From positions 1-64,000 of the forward strand of contig JBEKSS010000011.1 of assembly GCA_049516875.1 (NCBI GenBank): DNA of 64,000 nt, in the 5' to 3' direction. Source of the stretch: Candidatus Bathyarchaeia archaeon (lineage in GTDB: Archaea; Thermoproteota; Bathyarchaeia; Bathyarchaeales; Bathycorpusculaceae). Numbering within the stretch: position 1 is the stretch's first letter; each line of letters begins with the position of its first letter. The translations under genes were made by a program, and so were the position numbers. The notes below the pieces were generated by a model. The model had not been told where the DNA came from and did not search any database. It saw only the letters and a program-made list of their open reading frames with translations. Of this stretch, positions 21,223-31,573 are shown piece by piece.

Positions 21223-22326
21223 ATGACGCTACCGGAAAAACTTCGAAAAGCATTGGAGAAAACCGTGAAAGAGCTGGCGGCCAAGAGGAATGTTTATGGT
21301 GTAGGCGTTTTCGGGAGCTGGAGCCGAGGCGACGCTGCAACCTCAAGCGATGTTGACTTGTTCATACTCGACAATGACGACTTTGTATACGAGTACGTTG
21401 AAAGGGTCGAGCAGGGCGGCTTCCTTATCGATTTGGATCATGTTCCGAAACAGTGGATTCAAGGCCAGATCCCTCCGGAGGTAGATCAGAAACTGTATGA
21501 AATGCATATACTATATGACAGGGATTGGACGTTAACCAACACGAAACTTTTGATGGCCAAGTCCTACTGTTCACCCGAGAGGGTTGATATCCGAACAGAA
21601 GCTCACGTGGTGGAATCCGACATATACTTGAGCCGTGCGACCTCAGCCTTTTCGCGGCAGGACTTCAGAAGTTCACATCTGTTTGCCACGGTGGCCTTGG
21701 AGAATACTCTGAAGGTTCTGGTTGAAATAGCCTTGCAACCTTTTTCGAACAGCCGATTCATGGAAACAGCTGAGAGCTGCGCTGCAAACCTGGGAACGCG
21801 TAGTCTTTTTGACGAGTATGTTGAGCTGACAGGCTTCAGCAGAGTCGACAGCACACACGCCAAAGACAGACTGAGACTCTTCAAAACAATCTGGGACGAT
21901 ATCAACACTGTAGCCAAACAAAATCTTTCAACACTTGAATCCACCCACTTCAGAGTCAAGACTCGGCTGAACTACTACTTGAACGCCGCCTTTTTGCAAG
22001 GTGTCGTGATACGGGCAACCGCCATGGTTGAAGCCGAAAGGACGATTGAAGCGTCACATTACCTTAACAACATCCTCCTCGACATTGTTGAAAACTACGC
22101 TTGGTTGAAATCTTCCATTGACAAGGTCAAAATAGACTATACAACGCTGATCCGTTCAATAGAGGGTTTGGAGGGAGAAAACTCAACAAACTACAGAAAT
22201 ATAGCAGACTTTTTTGGACTAGGTACATCCGACAGAGTCGCCGCAATCAAAGAAATAGGTAAGACACGAGAAGCAATGCTCAGATTACGAAGAGATAGGA
22301 AACTTTTAATCAAAAGATACCTCTAA
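21223..22326 (+). CDS. Nucleotidyltransferase (MNT) domain protein with helical C-terminus
   Basis: FGSWSRGD...SDVDL motif. Confidence 0.8.
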   Translation: MTLPEKLRKALEKTVKELAAKRNVYGVGVFGSWSRGDAATSSDVDLFILDNDDFVYEYVERVEQGGFLIDLDHVPKQWIQGQIPPEVDQKLYEMHILYDRDWTLTNTKLLMAKSYCSPERVDIRTEAHVVESDIYLSRATSAFSRQDFRSSHLFATVALENTLKVLVEIALQPFSNSRFMETAESCAANLGTRSLFDEYVELTGFSRVDSTHAKDRLRLFKTIWDDINTVAKQNLSTLESTHFRVKTRLNYYLNAAFLQGVVIRATAMVEAERTIEASHYLNNILLDIVENYAWLKSSIDKVKIDYTTLIRSIEGLEGENSTNYRNIADFFGLGTSDRVAAIKEIGKTREAMLRLRRDRKLLIKRYL

Positions 22327-22363
22327 ATACGTATACTTTAAATATGGCAGTGCCGACAGGTTA

Positions 22364-23587
22364 GTGGTGAGTAAGATGGAAGAAAAGATTACGCGAAGAA
22401 ACGTCATAGAAGTCTGGGCCAACAAATACTCCGAAGTAACGAGATGGCTCACGAAAGTGCAGAAGAAAGCGGATAGCGCCCTCTGGCTCTACCACTTTTG
22501 CCAATGGGCGCATAAGACGCCACCTGAGCTTCTAGCCTTAAAAGAAAAAGACCCCTCAGCCAACAACGCCGAAAAGCTGCTAGATGACTTCTGCGGAACG
22601 AACTTGGCAGATTTTACGCACTCAGAAAAGTACAACACAGCGATTGCCGTTAAGAGCTTCTTTAAACACAACTATAGAGACTTAGCAAAGGCATCAGGCG
22701 TCATAACTTTCCAAAAAGGCAAGCCATACAACGCGTTAAGCAAAGAAGGCCTCAGAAAACTTTGGCAACTGGCTTTAAACCCACGAGACAGATCGTTAGT
22801 CAGCTTCGTAACATCCACCGGAATCGCAAAAGAAACTTTAACGAAATTGACTTGGGGGCATCTAGAAGAAGGCTGGGAAACGAAAGAACTCCCCTGCGTA
22901 AATATCGGCCCCCAGCTTCTCAAAGGGCATGGCATGGGAAAATACCAAAACGTCAGGCAAATCACCTTCTTGACGGGAGAAGCCAAACGCGATCTCATAG
23001 TTTACCGCGATTGGATACAAGATAAGATCGGCAGAAACCTTACGGCACAAGACAATATCTGGCTTTCAACGTATAAACCTTACGAGCGCCTCAGCTACCA
23101 AATGCTCGGCAACCAAATCAACATCTTAGCGCACAAAGCGAAAATCCCCTTCAGCCTACACGACGGCAGAAGATGGGTAAACACGGCGTTAGAGAGCATC
23201 GGCATCAGTCCGAACTGGGCGAGGAAAATCCGGGGCAGAAAAGTCAGAGGGGAAGAAGCCCCCTACTCGCAGCCGCTCATTGACCAACTACGCGCCAAGT
23301 TCAAAGAAGCAGTTTCCCAGCTCGAATTTACGTCAGAAACGCCAACGCTACCCAAAGACGTTCAAGAGAAACTTGCAGCTTTAGAAGAAGCGCAGCGAAA
23401 ACTTAAGGCTGAGTACGGCATATTTCGTCAGAGGGGAAAGAAGCCAGAACCTGAGAAGTGCAAAGAAAAAGGTAAATGCCAGTCAGTCGTAGAAGAGACA
23501 CAGCTCGAAGACTTTCTAACGAACGGATACCACGTTATAGCAGTTCTCCAAAGCGGTAAAGTCGTCGTTTCGAACGACGAGGCTTAG
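22364..23587 (+). CDS. Tyrosine recombinase-like protein (first catalytic Arg apparently missing)
   Basis: RDRSL...STGIAKETL, HDGRRW, RG...PY; SAM-like N-terminus. Confidence 0.8.
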   Translation: MVSKMEEKITRRNVIEVWANKYSEVTRWLTKVQKKADSALWLYHFCQWAHKTPPELLALKEKDPSANNAEKLLDDFCGTNLADFTHSEKYNTAIAVKSFFKHNYRDLAKASGVITFQKGKPYNALSKEGLRKLWQLALNPRDRSLVSFVTSTGIAKETLTKLTWGHLEEGWETKELPCVNIGPQLLKGHGMGKYQNVRQITFLTGEAKRDLIVYRDWIQDKIGRNLTAQDNIWLSTYKPYERLSYQMLGNQINILAHKAKIPFSLHDGRRWVNTALESIGISPNWARKIRGRKVRGEEAPYSQPLIDQLRAKFKEAVSQLEFTSETPTLPKDVQEKLAALEEAQRKLKAEYGIFRQRGKKPEPEKCKEKGKCQSVVEETQLEDFLTNGYHVIAVLQSGKVVVSNDEA

Positions 23588-23641
23588 CTTCTTTTTTTTT
23601 GCACCTCGCGCGCTTAACCTTTGTCTAATCTAGCGCGCGCG

Positions 23642-24106
23642 CTACGTTAGCAGGCGTTCCAGAATTGCGAAGGCTAAACCTATTAGTGTATCCCATAGAA
23701 TCGAAGCCACGAAAAACACTACTGAACCCAACGCACTAGAAACACCACTAATAATCCAATTACCCCCAACCAGCCAGCTATAGCTGTTGGAAGCAATCGT
23801 GCTTGGATACCTGAGGAATGTAATTAACGCGAGGAAGAACGAAGATAGCGATATCCCTATAAAGAACCATTTGTAGGCCTTTGTATAATCCTTTTTTCTT
23901 GTGGTACCAAGGAAACGCTTCTCTAGAATAAGCGGTACAATTAGTATTACGATAAGACAGACGAGAATTACAGCTAATTCCGAACTGAAATCGTTGTAAA
24001 TCAGATAATGCAATAAAGGTTCAGGAGCGAAATTGAGAACAATACCTAGAACGCCGTACACAATCAATGATGGTTTGATCGTTAGTAGTTTTTTCTTTAC
24101 ACTCAT
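23642..24106 (-). CDS. Hypothetical multi-pass membrane protein
   Basis: About four hydrophobic helices; stop codon overlaps the palindrome TAGCGCGCGCGCTA. Confidence 0.6.
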   Translation of the reverse strand: MSVKKKLLTIKPSLIVYGVLGIVLNFAPEPLLHYLIYNDFSSELAVILVCLIVILIVPLILEKRFLGTTRKKDYTKAYKWFFIGISLSSFFLALITFLRYPSTIASNSYSWLVGGNWIISGVSSALGSVVFFVASILWDTLIGLAFAILERLLT

Positions 24107-24477
24107 TTTTGAACCTCTAGTTTGTCTTCTGTTCCTATCCAGATTTATGATTTTTGTTGAAGTTTTGTGCGTGTTCTCCGGCACTCAACTTCCACTACCG
24201 GAAGGCTAGACTGTGCAGCTCTGAAAGGCCTAGTCATCAACATAGGCGCGGGAAGGAGTAACATTGAAAAACTTTCGAACTGAGCTTCTATTATCTCTAG
24301 GCCGACAGTATAACTGACGGCCTAACGTCAATAGGGGCTACTTTCTTTTTTTATTTATTTGGAAGCGCGCTAGACGATGCGAAATTCGCGCGCGCTCTGA
24401 ACAATTGAATCTATCAACTTCTGCGCGACTCTCGTCTCTTTCAGCAGGCTCCTAGCTTGCTCATTGGCTAAGCAGTT

Positions 24478-27400
24478 CTATTCGTGTTGGTTGAAGTAAT
24501 AGACGGCTATGGCTATGTCTTTCATGTTGACGATGCCGTCGTTGTTTACGTCTGCGTTGGGCTGCCAGTTCGATGAACTCGGCTTGGTGTTGAACAAGCT
24601 GACCAGGTAGGCTATGTCCTTCATGTTTGTAACGCCGTCATAGACGCCCGGCACCGTGCCGGAAACGTCGCCCGGAACACCAACATGAACCGGAACGTTG
24701 AACACGTAGTTGTTGTCGGTCGCCAGGGTTTCGTCTGGGACAACGTCTGCCACAGAGTCTACAGTGTAGTTGTCGTAAAGAAGTCCTGTGGTGTCCCAGG
24801 TGAAGTTGATCTCGGTGGAACTCCTCTCCGCCAGAACGACTGGTTGCAGGTCAACCCTTGACTGGTTGGCCCAGACTGCCACGTTGAAGGTTTCGCCGTA
24901 CATGCCGTAGTCCAGGATTATGAGGGTGATGTTGCAGCAGTAGCCTCTACCGACGACGGTTTTGCCCAGGGCTGCGGTGGCGATGCCGACGTTGTGCAGT
25001 TGGAACGGTTGGGCGAGGGGATAGTTGTCCTTGTTGTTGACGGCGATAGCGTAGGGCGTGTCGACTATGCCGTCGCTGCCCGGAATATTCTGGTTGGGGC
25101 CGCTGTTCTTATCCGGGCCTGTCCACGTGCTCCAATAGTTACCGCCAGAAGGATAGCCGTTGTCCCACGTGTTCCCGGGCGACGTTGAATTGGACAGCTG
25201 GAACGGGATGGTGTTGTCCATGAAGTTGTTGTGGTAGATGGCGTTGTTGTTGGAGTTGACGATGGTGATTCCCAGTTGGTTCTCGGTTATCATGTTTTCG
25301 CATATCGTGTTTCCGCTCGTTTCTATCTGTAGGCCTATGGAGCTGAGGCTGATGATGTTCTGCGAGATGACGTTGCTGCTCGACGAAGAGGTCACGTCGA
25401 CGGCAACAGAGTCTTGCTCGAACATGTTGCCCGAAACCTGGTTGCTGACCGCGCTGGTTCCTTGAAGGACGACGCCGTTGTTGTTGATAAGGGACATTAT
25501 GTTATCATAGATTTTGCAGCCGCTTGCGCCCTGAACGAGTATACCTTGATCCCAACTGGTTATCGTTATGCCGGCAATTATCGATCCAGAGCCGCTGGAC
25601 ACTATTGTTATGGCGATTCCGCTTCCGCCGCCGTTGAAGACCGGTTCGCTTCCCGGTTCGCCGATAAGCGTTATCGTCTTGTTAATGACCAGAGACTCGT
25701 GGTAGACGCCCGGGGCAATCCATATTGTGGCTCCTGGAGCAGCTGCATTTATGGCAGCCTGTATCGTGGGATAATCTTCCGGAACCCTGAGAACGGTCCC
25801 AAACGCGTATACAGAACCATCTTCAGAGCCCACGTAAAGCACGCCATCAGCAACAGCAGGAGAGGAAAACACGATGCTGCCTGCCGTGTAGTTCCACACC
25901 TGCGCTCCAGTCGAAGCATTGAGGCAGTAAACCCTGCCATCATTCGAGCCCACGTAGACTCTACCGCCAACAACTGCAGGAGAGGAAAACACATAGCTGC
26001 CTGTCGTGTAGTTCCACACCTGCGCTCCCGTTAAAGCGTCAAGACAGTAAGTCCTATTATCCCATGAGCCCACGTAGACTCTACCATCAGCAACAGCAGG
26101 AGAAGAATATACCCAGTTGCCTACCGTGTAGTTCCACACCTGTGCCCCGGTCGAAGCGTCAAGACAGTAAGTCCTATTATCGTACGAACCCACGTAAACC
26201 CTGCCAGCAACAACTGCAGGAGAAGAATACACCTTGTCGCCTGTCGTGTAGTTCCATAACTGTGCTCCTGTCAAAGCGTCAAGACAGTAAGTCCTATTAT
26301 CCCATGAGCCCACGTAGACTCTACCGCCAACAACTGCAGGAGAAGAATACACCGTGCCGCCTGTCGTGTAGTTCCACACCTGCGCTCCCGTTAAAGCGTC
26401 AAGACAGTAAACTCTCTTATCGAACGAGCCAACATAAACCCTACCATCAACAACTGCAGGAGAAGAGAGCACCTCGTTGCCTGTCGTGTAGTTCCATAAC
26501 TGTGCTCCAGTTGAAGCGTCAAGACAGTAAACTCTCTTATCGAACGAGCCCACGTAGACCCTACCAGCAACAACTGCAGGAGAAGAAAACACAAAGCTGC
26601 CTGTCGTGTAGTTCCACACCTGTGCCCCGGTCGAAGCGTCAAGACAGTAAGTCCTATTATCGTACGAACCCACGTAAACCCTACCAGCAACAACTGCAGG
26701 AGAAGAGAGCACCTCGTTGCCTGTCGTGTAGTTCCAGAGCTTGTTGTTTGTTCCAGGCGCAGGGCTTTCGCTGTAGCCCGAGTGAATGATATCGTGATGG
26801 AACGTGGGCCATGAATACCGTGTGTAGTATGGGCTCCATGGTTGCATGAGTGGATAGTTGTCTTTGTTATTCACGTCTATGGAGTAGGGTGTGTCTCCTA
26901 TTCCGTCGCTGCCCGTCTCATTCTGGTATGGCCCTCCATGCACGTCTGTCCCGTTGTAGTCACTCCAGAAGTTTCCGCCAGAAGGATAACCATCATCCCA
27001 AACATTAGTTGAGTTTGAAGAATAAGCTTGGCGGGTGTTGTTTATGAAGTTGTTATGGTAGATTGTATTGCTAGAAGAAGAATAGAGATAGATGCCAATA
27101 CTGTTTGCTGTCACGTTGTTTCTGCTTACACCGTTATTAGAGGAAGAAAGGAGCTCGATGCCATACAAGTTGTTTGTTATGTTGTTTCCTGAGATTATGG
27201 TGTTGTTTGTTTCCAGTAGTTCAACGCCGATGGAAGTGTGGGACAGGTTGAGGTTTTCCACGGTCACGTTGTTGCATGCGACGAGTATAACTTGCCCAGC
27301 GTCCCCAACCACACGGCCTGACACATCCTCAAGATAGATCAACGGTTTGCCGTTCACCAAGTTACCGGTCACCACATTCCCATAAGAATCCCACACGGAT

Positions 27401-28770
27401 AACCCGTCATTAGCAAACGAGTTTCCGCTCACGCTGTTATTATTGGAAGAAGAATAGAGATAGATGCCAATACTGTTTGCTGTTACGTTGTTTCCGTTCA
27501 CGCTGTTATTGGAAGAAGAAACGAGATAGATGCCAGCCGTGTTGTTTTTTATGTTGTTTCCGCCCACGCTGTTATTAGAAGAATCGAGCTCGATGCCAAC
27601 AAAGTTGTTTGCTGTAACGTTGTTTCCGCTCATGTTGTTATTAATAGAAGAAGACTCGACATAGATGCCATACATCTTGTTTGCTGTAACGTTGTTTCCG
27701 CTCATGTTGTTATTAATAGAAGAAGACTCGACATAGATGCCATACATCTTGTTTACTGCAACGTTGTTTCTGCTTACACCGTTATTAGAAGAAGAAAGGA
27801 ACTCGATGCCAGCCCAGTTGTTTGCTGTTATGTTGTTTCCTGAGATTATGGTGTTGTTTGTTTCCCATAGTTCGACGCCGATGGAAGTGTGGGACAGGTT
27901 GAGGTTTTCCACGGTCACGTTGTTGCATGCGACGAGTATAACTTGCCCAGCGTCCCCAACCACATAGCCTGACACATCCTCAAGATAGACTAGCGGTTTT
28001 CCGTTCACCAAGTTACCGGTCACCACATTCCCAGAAGAATTAGATACAGATAAGCCGTCATTAGCAAACGAGTTTCCGCTCACGTTGTTATTATTTGAAG
28101 AAGAATAGAACAAGATGCCAGCCCAGTTGTTTGCTGTTATGTTGTTTCCGCTCACACCGTTACTAGAAGAAGAATCGAGAAAGAGACCATAATAGCCGCT
28201 GTCTGTTATGTTGTTTCCGCTCACGCTGTTATTAGAAGAAGACTCGAGATCGATGCCATACAAGTTGTTTGCTGTTATGTTGTTTCCGCTCACATTGTTA
28301 CCAGAAGAATAAATGATCAAGATGCCAGCCCAGTTGTTTGCTGTTATGTTGTTTCCGCTCACACGGTTATTAGAAGAAGAATCGAGCCAGATGCCATATG
28401 CGAACGATGTGATTCTCATGTTTTTGATTGTCACGTTGCTTCTTCCCATCAACTCTATTCCTACAGAGCCTGAAGCGTTTGTGCTTTGTAGTGTGTGTCC
28501 CGCTCCGTCTATTGTGATGTTGTCTCTTTGTATGGTGATTGCGCTGGAAAAGGCTGTAGCGTTTCCCGTGATGTTGTCTGTTAGCCTGTAGGTCACGTTG
28601 TCAACGCTGGAAATGGGTGCTGTTGGCGGTTGTATGCTTCCGTCGGCCTGTATGTAGATGGTTTGGGTCCAAACATAATCGGACTTGACAGGTTGAACGT
28701 TATACGCCAAGGCTAATGCGCTTACTACGAGTAAGGATAGTATGATTATAGAAGCAGGTTTCCTAAACAA
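24478..28770 (-). CDS. Secreted protein: NosD/beta-helix, PQQ-like beta-propeller, beta-helix, CARDB-like, C-terminal dockerin-like
   Basis: Signal peptide; NNxVSGNNIT repeats; SSPAVxxGxVYVGS repeats; ends GDV...NMKDIAYL...ADVNNDGIVNMKDIAIAVYYFNQHE. Confidence 0.85.
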   Translation of the reverse strand: MFRKPASIIILSLLVVSALALAYNVQPVKSDYVWTQTIYIQADGSIQPPTAPISSVDNVTYRLTDNITGNATAFSSAITIQRDNITIDGAGHTLQSTNASGSVGIELMGRSNVTIKNMRITSFAYGIWLDSSSNNRVSGNNITANNWAGILIIYSSGNNVSGNNITANNLYGIDLESSSNNSVSGNNITDSGYYGLFLDSSSSNGVSGNNITANNWAGILFYSSSNNNNVSGNSFANDGLSVSNSSGNVVTGNLVNGKPLVYLEDVSGYVVGDAGQVILVACNNVTVENLNLSHTSIGVELWETNNTIISGNNITANNWAGIEFLSSSNNGVSRNNVAVNKMYGIYVESSSINNNMSGNNVTANKMYGIYVESSSINNNMSGNNVTANNFVGIELDSSNNSVGGNNIKNNTAGIYLVSSSNNSVNGNNVTANSIGIYLYSSSNNNSVSGNSFANDGLSVWDSYGNVVTGNLVNGKPLIYLEDVSGRVVGDAGQVILVACNNVTVENLNLSHTSIGVELLETNNTIISGNNITNNLYGIELLSSSNNGVSRNNVTANSIGIYLYSSSSNTIYHNNFINNTRQAYSSNSTNVWDDGYPSGGNFWSDYNGTDVHGGPYQNETGSDGIGDTPYSIDVNNKDNYPLMQPWSPYYTRYSWPTFHHDIIHSGYSESPAPGTNNKLWNYTTGNEVLSSPAVVAGRVYVGSYDNRTYCLDASTGAQVWNYTTGSFVFSSPAVVAGRVYVGSFDKRVYCLDASTGAQLWNYTTGNEVLSSPAVVDGRVYVGSFDKRVYCLDALTGAQVWNYTTGGTVYSSPAVVGGRVYVGSWDNRTYCLDALTGAQLWNYTTGDKVYSSPAVVAGRVYVGSYDNRTYCLDASTGAQVWNYTVGNWVYSSPAVADGRVYVGSWDNRTYCLDALTGAQVWNYTTGSYVFSSPAVVGGRVYVGSNDGRVYCLNASTGAQVWNYTAGSIVFSSPAVADGVLYVGSEDGSVYAFGTVLRVPEDYPTIQAAINAAAPGATIWIAPGVYHESLVINKTITLIGEPGSEPVFNGGGSGIAITIVSSGSGSIIAGITITSWDQGILVQGASGCKIYDNIMSLINNNGVVLQGTSAVSNQVSGNMFEQDSVAVDVTSSSSSNVISQNIISLSSIGLQIETSGNTICENMITENQLGITIVNSNNNAIYHNNFMDNTIPFQLSNSTSPGNTWDNGYPSGGNYWSTWTGPDKNSGPNQNIPGSDGIVDTPYAIAVNNKDNYPLAQPFQLHNVGIATAALGKTVVGRGYCCNITLIILDYGMYGETFNVAVWANQSRVDLQPVVLAERSSTEINFTWDTTGLLYDNYTVDSVADVVPDETLATDNNYVFNVPVHVGVPGDVSGTVPGVYDGVTNMKDIAYLVSLFNTKPSSSNWQPNADVNNDGIVNMKDIAIAVYYFNQHE
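25840..26760. repeat. Near-identical 120-bp coding tandem repeats (propeller blades)
   Basis: Sequence recurs every 120 nt, e.g. aagacagtaa at 26041, 26161, 26281, 26401, 26521, 26641. Confidence 0.9.
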
Positions 28771-29190
28771 TGCAACTCCCCTTTCCTATGTTCTAGTTCA
28801 ACTTGTTCCGATAAAAAGATTGTGAAAGAATCTTCCATCATCATCCTCATCGACAATTATCGTTCATATCAACCGTTCTGCTGAAACAGTCTAAATTACA
28901 TGCCCAGTAATATTGAATCAAATTAAACGACCGAGTTCGCACTCGGTGCCCACCAATCAATCGATCATAACATGTGAGAAAACGGGAAAAAGTAAGACCC
29001 CATGGTCCGAGGTAGCTCATTCTCAGCTCAAATGGAGACGTCTCCAATGTAAGATTGCCAACTGACCTTTTCCCTCGCGCAACCCCTCTTTTTCTTGGTT
29101 AAAATCCTAGAGCGTGTTGATATTTGTGAAGAATGTCTTTGCTATCTGAACAGAACAGCCAAGTGACGGGTGAACAAAAAAAAGGGGGAG

Positions 29191-31068
29191 TTATTCGTGC
29201 TGGTTGAAGTAGTAGACGGCTATGGCTATGTCCTTCATGTCGACGACGCCGTCGTTGTTCACGTCTGCGTTCGGGTTCCAGTTTGGCTTGTTGGGCTTCG
29301 TCTGGTACAGGCTGACCAGGTAGGCGATGTCCTTCATGTTGTCTACCCCATCATACACTCCGGGAGTCGTGCTGGACACGTCGCCTGGAACACCGATGTG
29401 GACAGGGGTGCTGCAGGTCCAGTTGTTGTCTGCCGTGTTTGTCTCGTTTTGAACAGGGCCTGCGCAAGCACACACAGTGTAGTTTCCATAGGCGAAACCA
29501 GTCGTGTTCCACGTTAACGTGAGGATCATGTAGTTGCTCTTTGTCAGCTTGACCGCTTGTGCGGTGGCTGTGGACGCGTCGGCATAGGCCGTTACAAGAA
29601 AGTCTTCGTCGTACACGCCGTAGTTCACGACCTTAACTTCCAAGCTAAGACTGTAACCCTTTCCGACAACGGTTTTTGACATAAGGTAATCCGTTATTCC
29701 AACGTCGTGCGCGTTGAAAGGCTGCACCAACGGGTACGTGTCAACTCCGCTTTCAGCGACAATGTACGGCGTGTCTACGATGCCATCGGCACCAGGCTGA
29801 TTCTGACTCGGGCCACTGTACGCGTCTGGGCTGGTATGGTCGCTCCAGTAGTTTCCGCCCGAAGGATAACCGTTATCCCATGCGTTTCCTGTTGACGCTG
29901 AAACCGACACTTGGACGGTATTGTTGACGAAGTTGTTGTGGTAGATTATGTTGCTGTTGGAGCTCACGATGCTGAGTCCGACCTGATCGTTCAGTATCAT
30001 GTTTTCGCACACGATGTTCTGGCTGCTCTCTATCTTGAGGGCGGTGGTGCTGAAGCAGATGATGTTCCTTGAAACATTGTTGCTGATCGATGAGGACGCC
30101 ACGTCGACCGCGATGAAATCGCTCTGGAATATGTTGCTGTAAACCTGGTTGTTGACGGCGCTGGCTCCTTGAATGACTATTCCTTTGCTGTTCAACGAAG
30201 ACATTATGTTGTTGTAGATCGTGCAGCTGCTTGAGCCGTTGATGAGTATGCCCTGGTCCCACCCGGTTATCACGATTCCTGCAACGGTAGATCCAGAGGC
30301 GTTGGACAACAATGTTATGGCAATTCCGGAGCCGCCTCCGTTGAAAATGGGCTCGCTTCCCAACCTGCCGATGATCGTAAGAGGTTTGTTAACGACTGTG
30401 GACTCGTTGTATACGCCTGGGCCTATCAGGATGGTTGTCCATGGAGTGGTCGCGTCTATTGCCGCCTGTATCGACTTGTAATCTTGGGGAACCCGAATAA
30501 CCCTGGTGTAATTGTAACTAGCACCGACCACGGCGGGCAAAATCGTGACGATCCCATTGAGCAGGAACGTGTCTCCATCTCGGGTCAAGGGTTTAGGTTC
30601 GAAGTCAATATTGCACGAAACCTGCCCAGCCGCTTGAATTATCTTCAAAGTCAGCACTGCAAGCCTTCCTGAGCCGTTGAAATATGTTTGACCTAGGCCG
30701 ATGCATGCACCACCAACAAACATCCCTGGTGCGCTATCATCATGAGCTTGTATTGGCGAATCGTATGCAAACACATTGTCTGAAGGAAGTATCACATTCA
30801 CATACTGAAGAAGCGTCGGATCCCAAGTGATGCCCACTTGCCAGCACGACAACAGTATGGCATTGGTTACCGTTATGTTTATGTCAAAAGTGTCTCCAAG
30901 ACTTTTCTGTGCAGGCGTGAAGTTGAAGCTGCTTGACCCATCAAGAGGATTGACTAAGGCCAATGTTGCGCCCGCCGGTGCACGCACTGGGATAACGATT
31001 CTCAGTGCACCTGCAAGAAACATCGCAACTAGAACACAAACCAAAACCTTACCTAATCTGCTCTTCAC
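29191..31068 (-). CDS. Secreted protein: cohesin-like, beta-helix, CARDB-like, dockerin-like
   Basis: TFDINITVTN...WQVGITWDPTLL...GSGRLAVLTLKI cohesin-like pattern; same dockerin tail. Confidence 0.8.
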   Translation of the reverse strand: MKSRLGKVLVCVLVAMFLAGALRIVIPVRAPAGATLALVNPLDGSSSFNFTPAQKSLGDTFDINITVTNAILLSCWQVGITWDPTLLQYVNVILPSDNVFAYDSPIQAHDDSAPGMFVGGACIGLGQTYFNGSGRLAVLTLKIIQAAGQVSCNIDFEPKPLTRDGDTFLLNGIVTILPAVVGASYNYTRVIRVPQDYKSIQAAIDATTPWTTILIGPGVYNESTVVNKPLTIIGRLGSEPIFNGGGSGIAITLLSNASGSTVAGIVITGWDQGILINGSSSCTIYNNIMSSLNSKGIVIQGASAVNNQVYSNIFQSDFIAVDVASSSISNNVSRNIICFSTTALKIESSQNIVCENMILNDQVGLSIVSSNSNIIYHNNFVNNTVQVSVSASTGNAWDNGYPSGGNYWSDHTSPDAYSGPSQNQPGADGIVDTPYIVAESGVDTYPLVQPFNAHDVGITDYLMSKTVVGKGYSLSLEVKVVNYGVYDEDFLVTAYADASTATAQAVKLTKSNYMILTLTWNTTGFAYGNYTVCACAGPVQNETNTADNNWTCSTPVHIGVPGDVSSTTPGVYDGVDNMKDIAYLVSLYQTKPNKPNWNPNADVNNDGVVDMKDIAIAVYYFNQHE

Positions 31069-31573
31069 GTTTCTCTCTCCCCAAACCCCACTCGCTCTAC
31101 GTCGTCGGATGGAGTATCTGACGGACGCCCGTGCTAATCAGAATCCTCCTATCTCCCCAATCTATCTTCACATGGTTGAATTAAAAGTTTGTCTATTTGA
31201 GGATGTGTGCGCGCGCTTGCATTTGGTATTCACTTTCCTTTCTTGTTTGTGAAGCTACAATCCTTAGTTCGGATACAGCCCCTTAAACGGGGTGACTACT
31301 CAAGGAGTAGCACGCTATTGAAGTTTAGCGCCGCACATTGGGCATCTAGGCGGATAATTCTCTTTGCTCAGCATGCTTACTCCACAAACAAAGCAAATGG
31401 AAATATTACAACTTGGACAATGATAGTTTCCTCCATGAATGCGTTTGCCGCATAAGTCGCAGAGTCTTGTCAAGCAACAGTCAGCCACTGGTTTCGCCTT
31501 CTTGCTTTCTTCCTTTGATTTTTGGTGTGGGCGTCATCGTGGTTACCCTCACTATGCTGCTTTCACCCAGTTC

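Noticed and set aside
25840-26760. Regular 120-bp periodicity resembling a CRISPR array (also 33980-34920 and 43200-44170)
   Set aside because: Units are in-frame coding repeats of propeller blades with no unique spacers, and no cas genes are present
26064-26789. 241-aa Gln-rich repetitive ORF
   Set aside because: Antisense shadow of the propeller repeats
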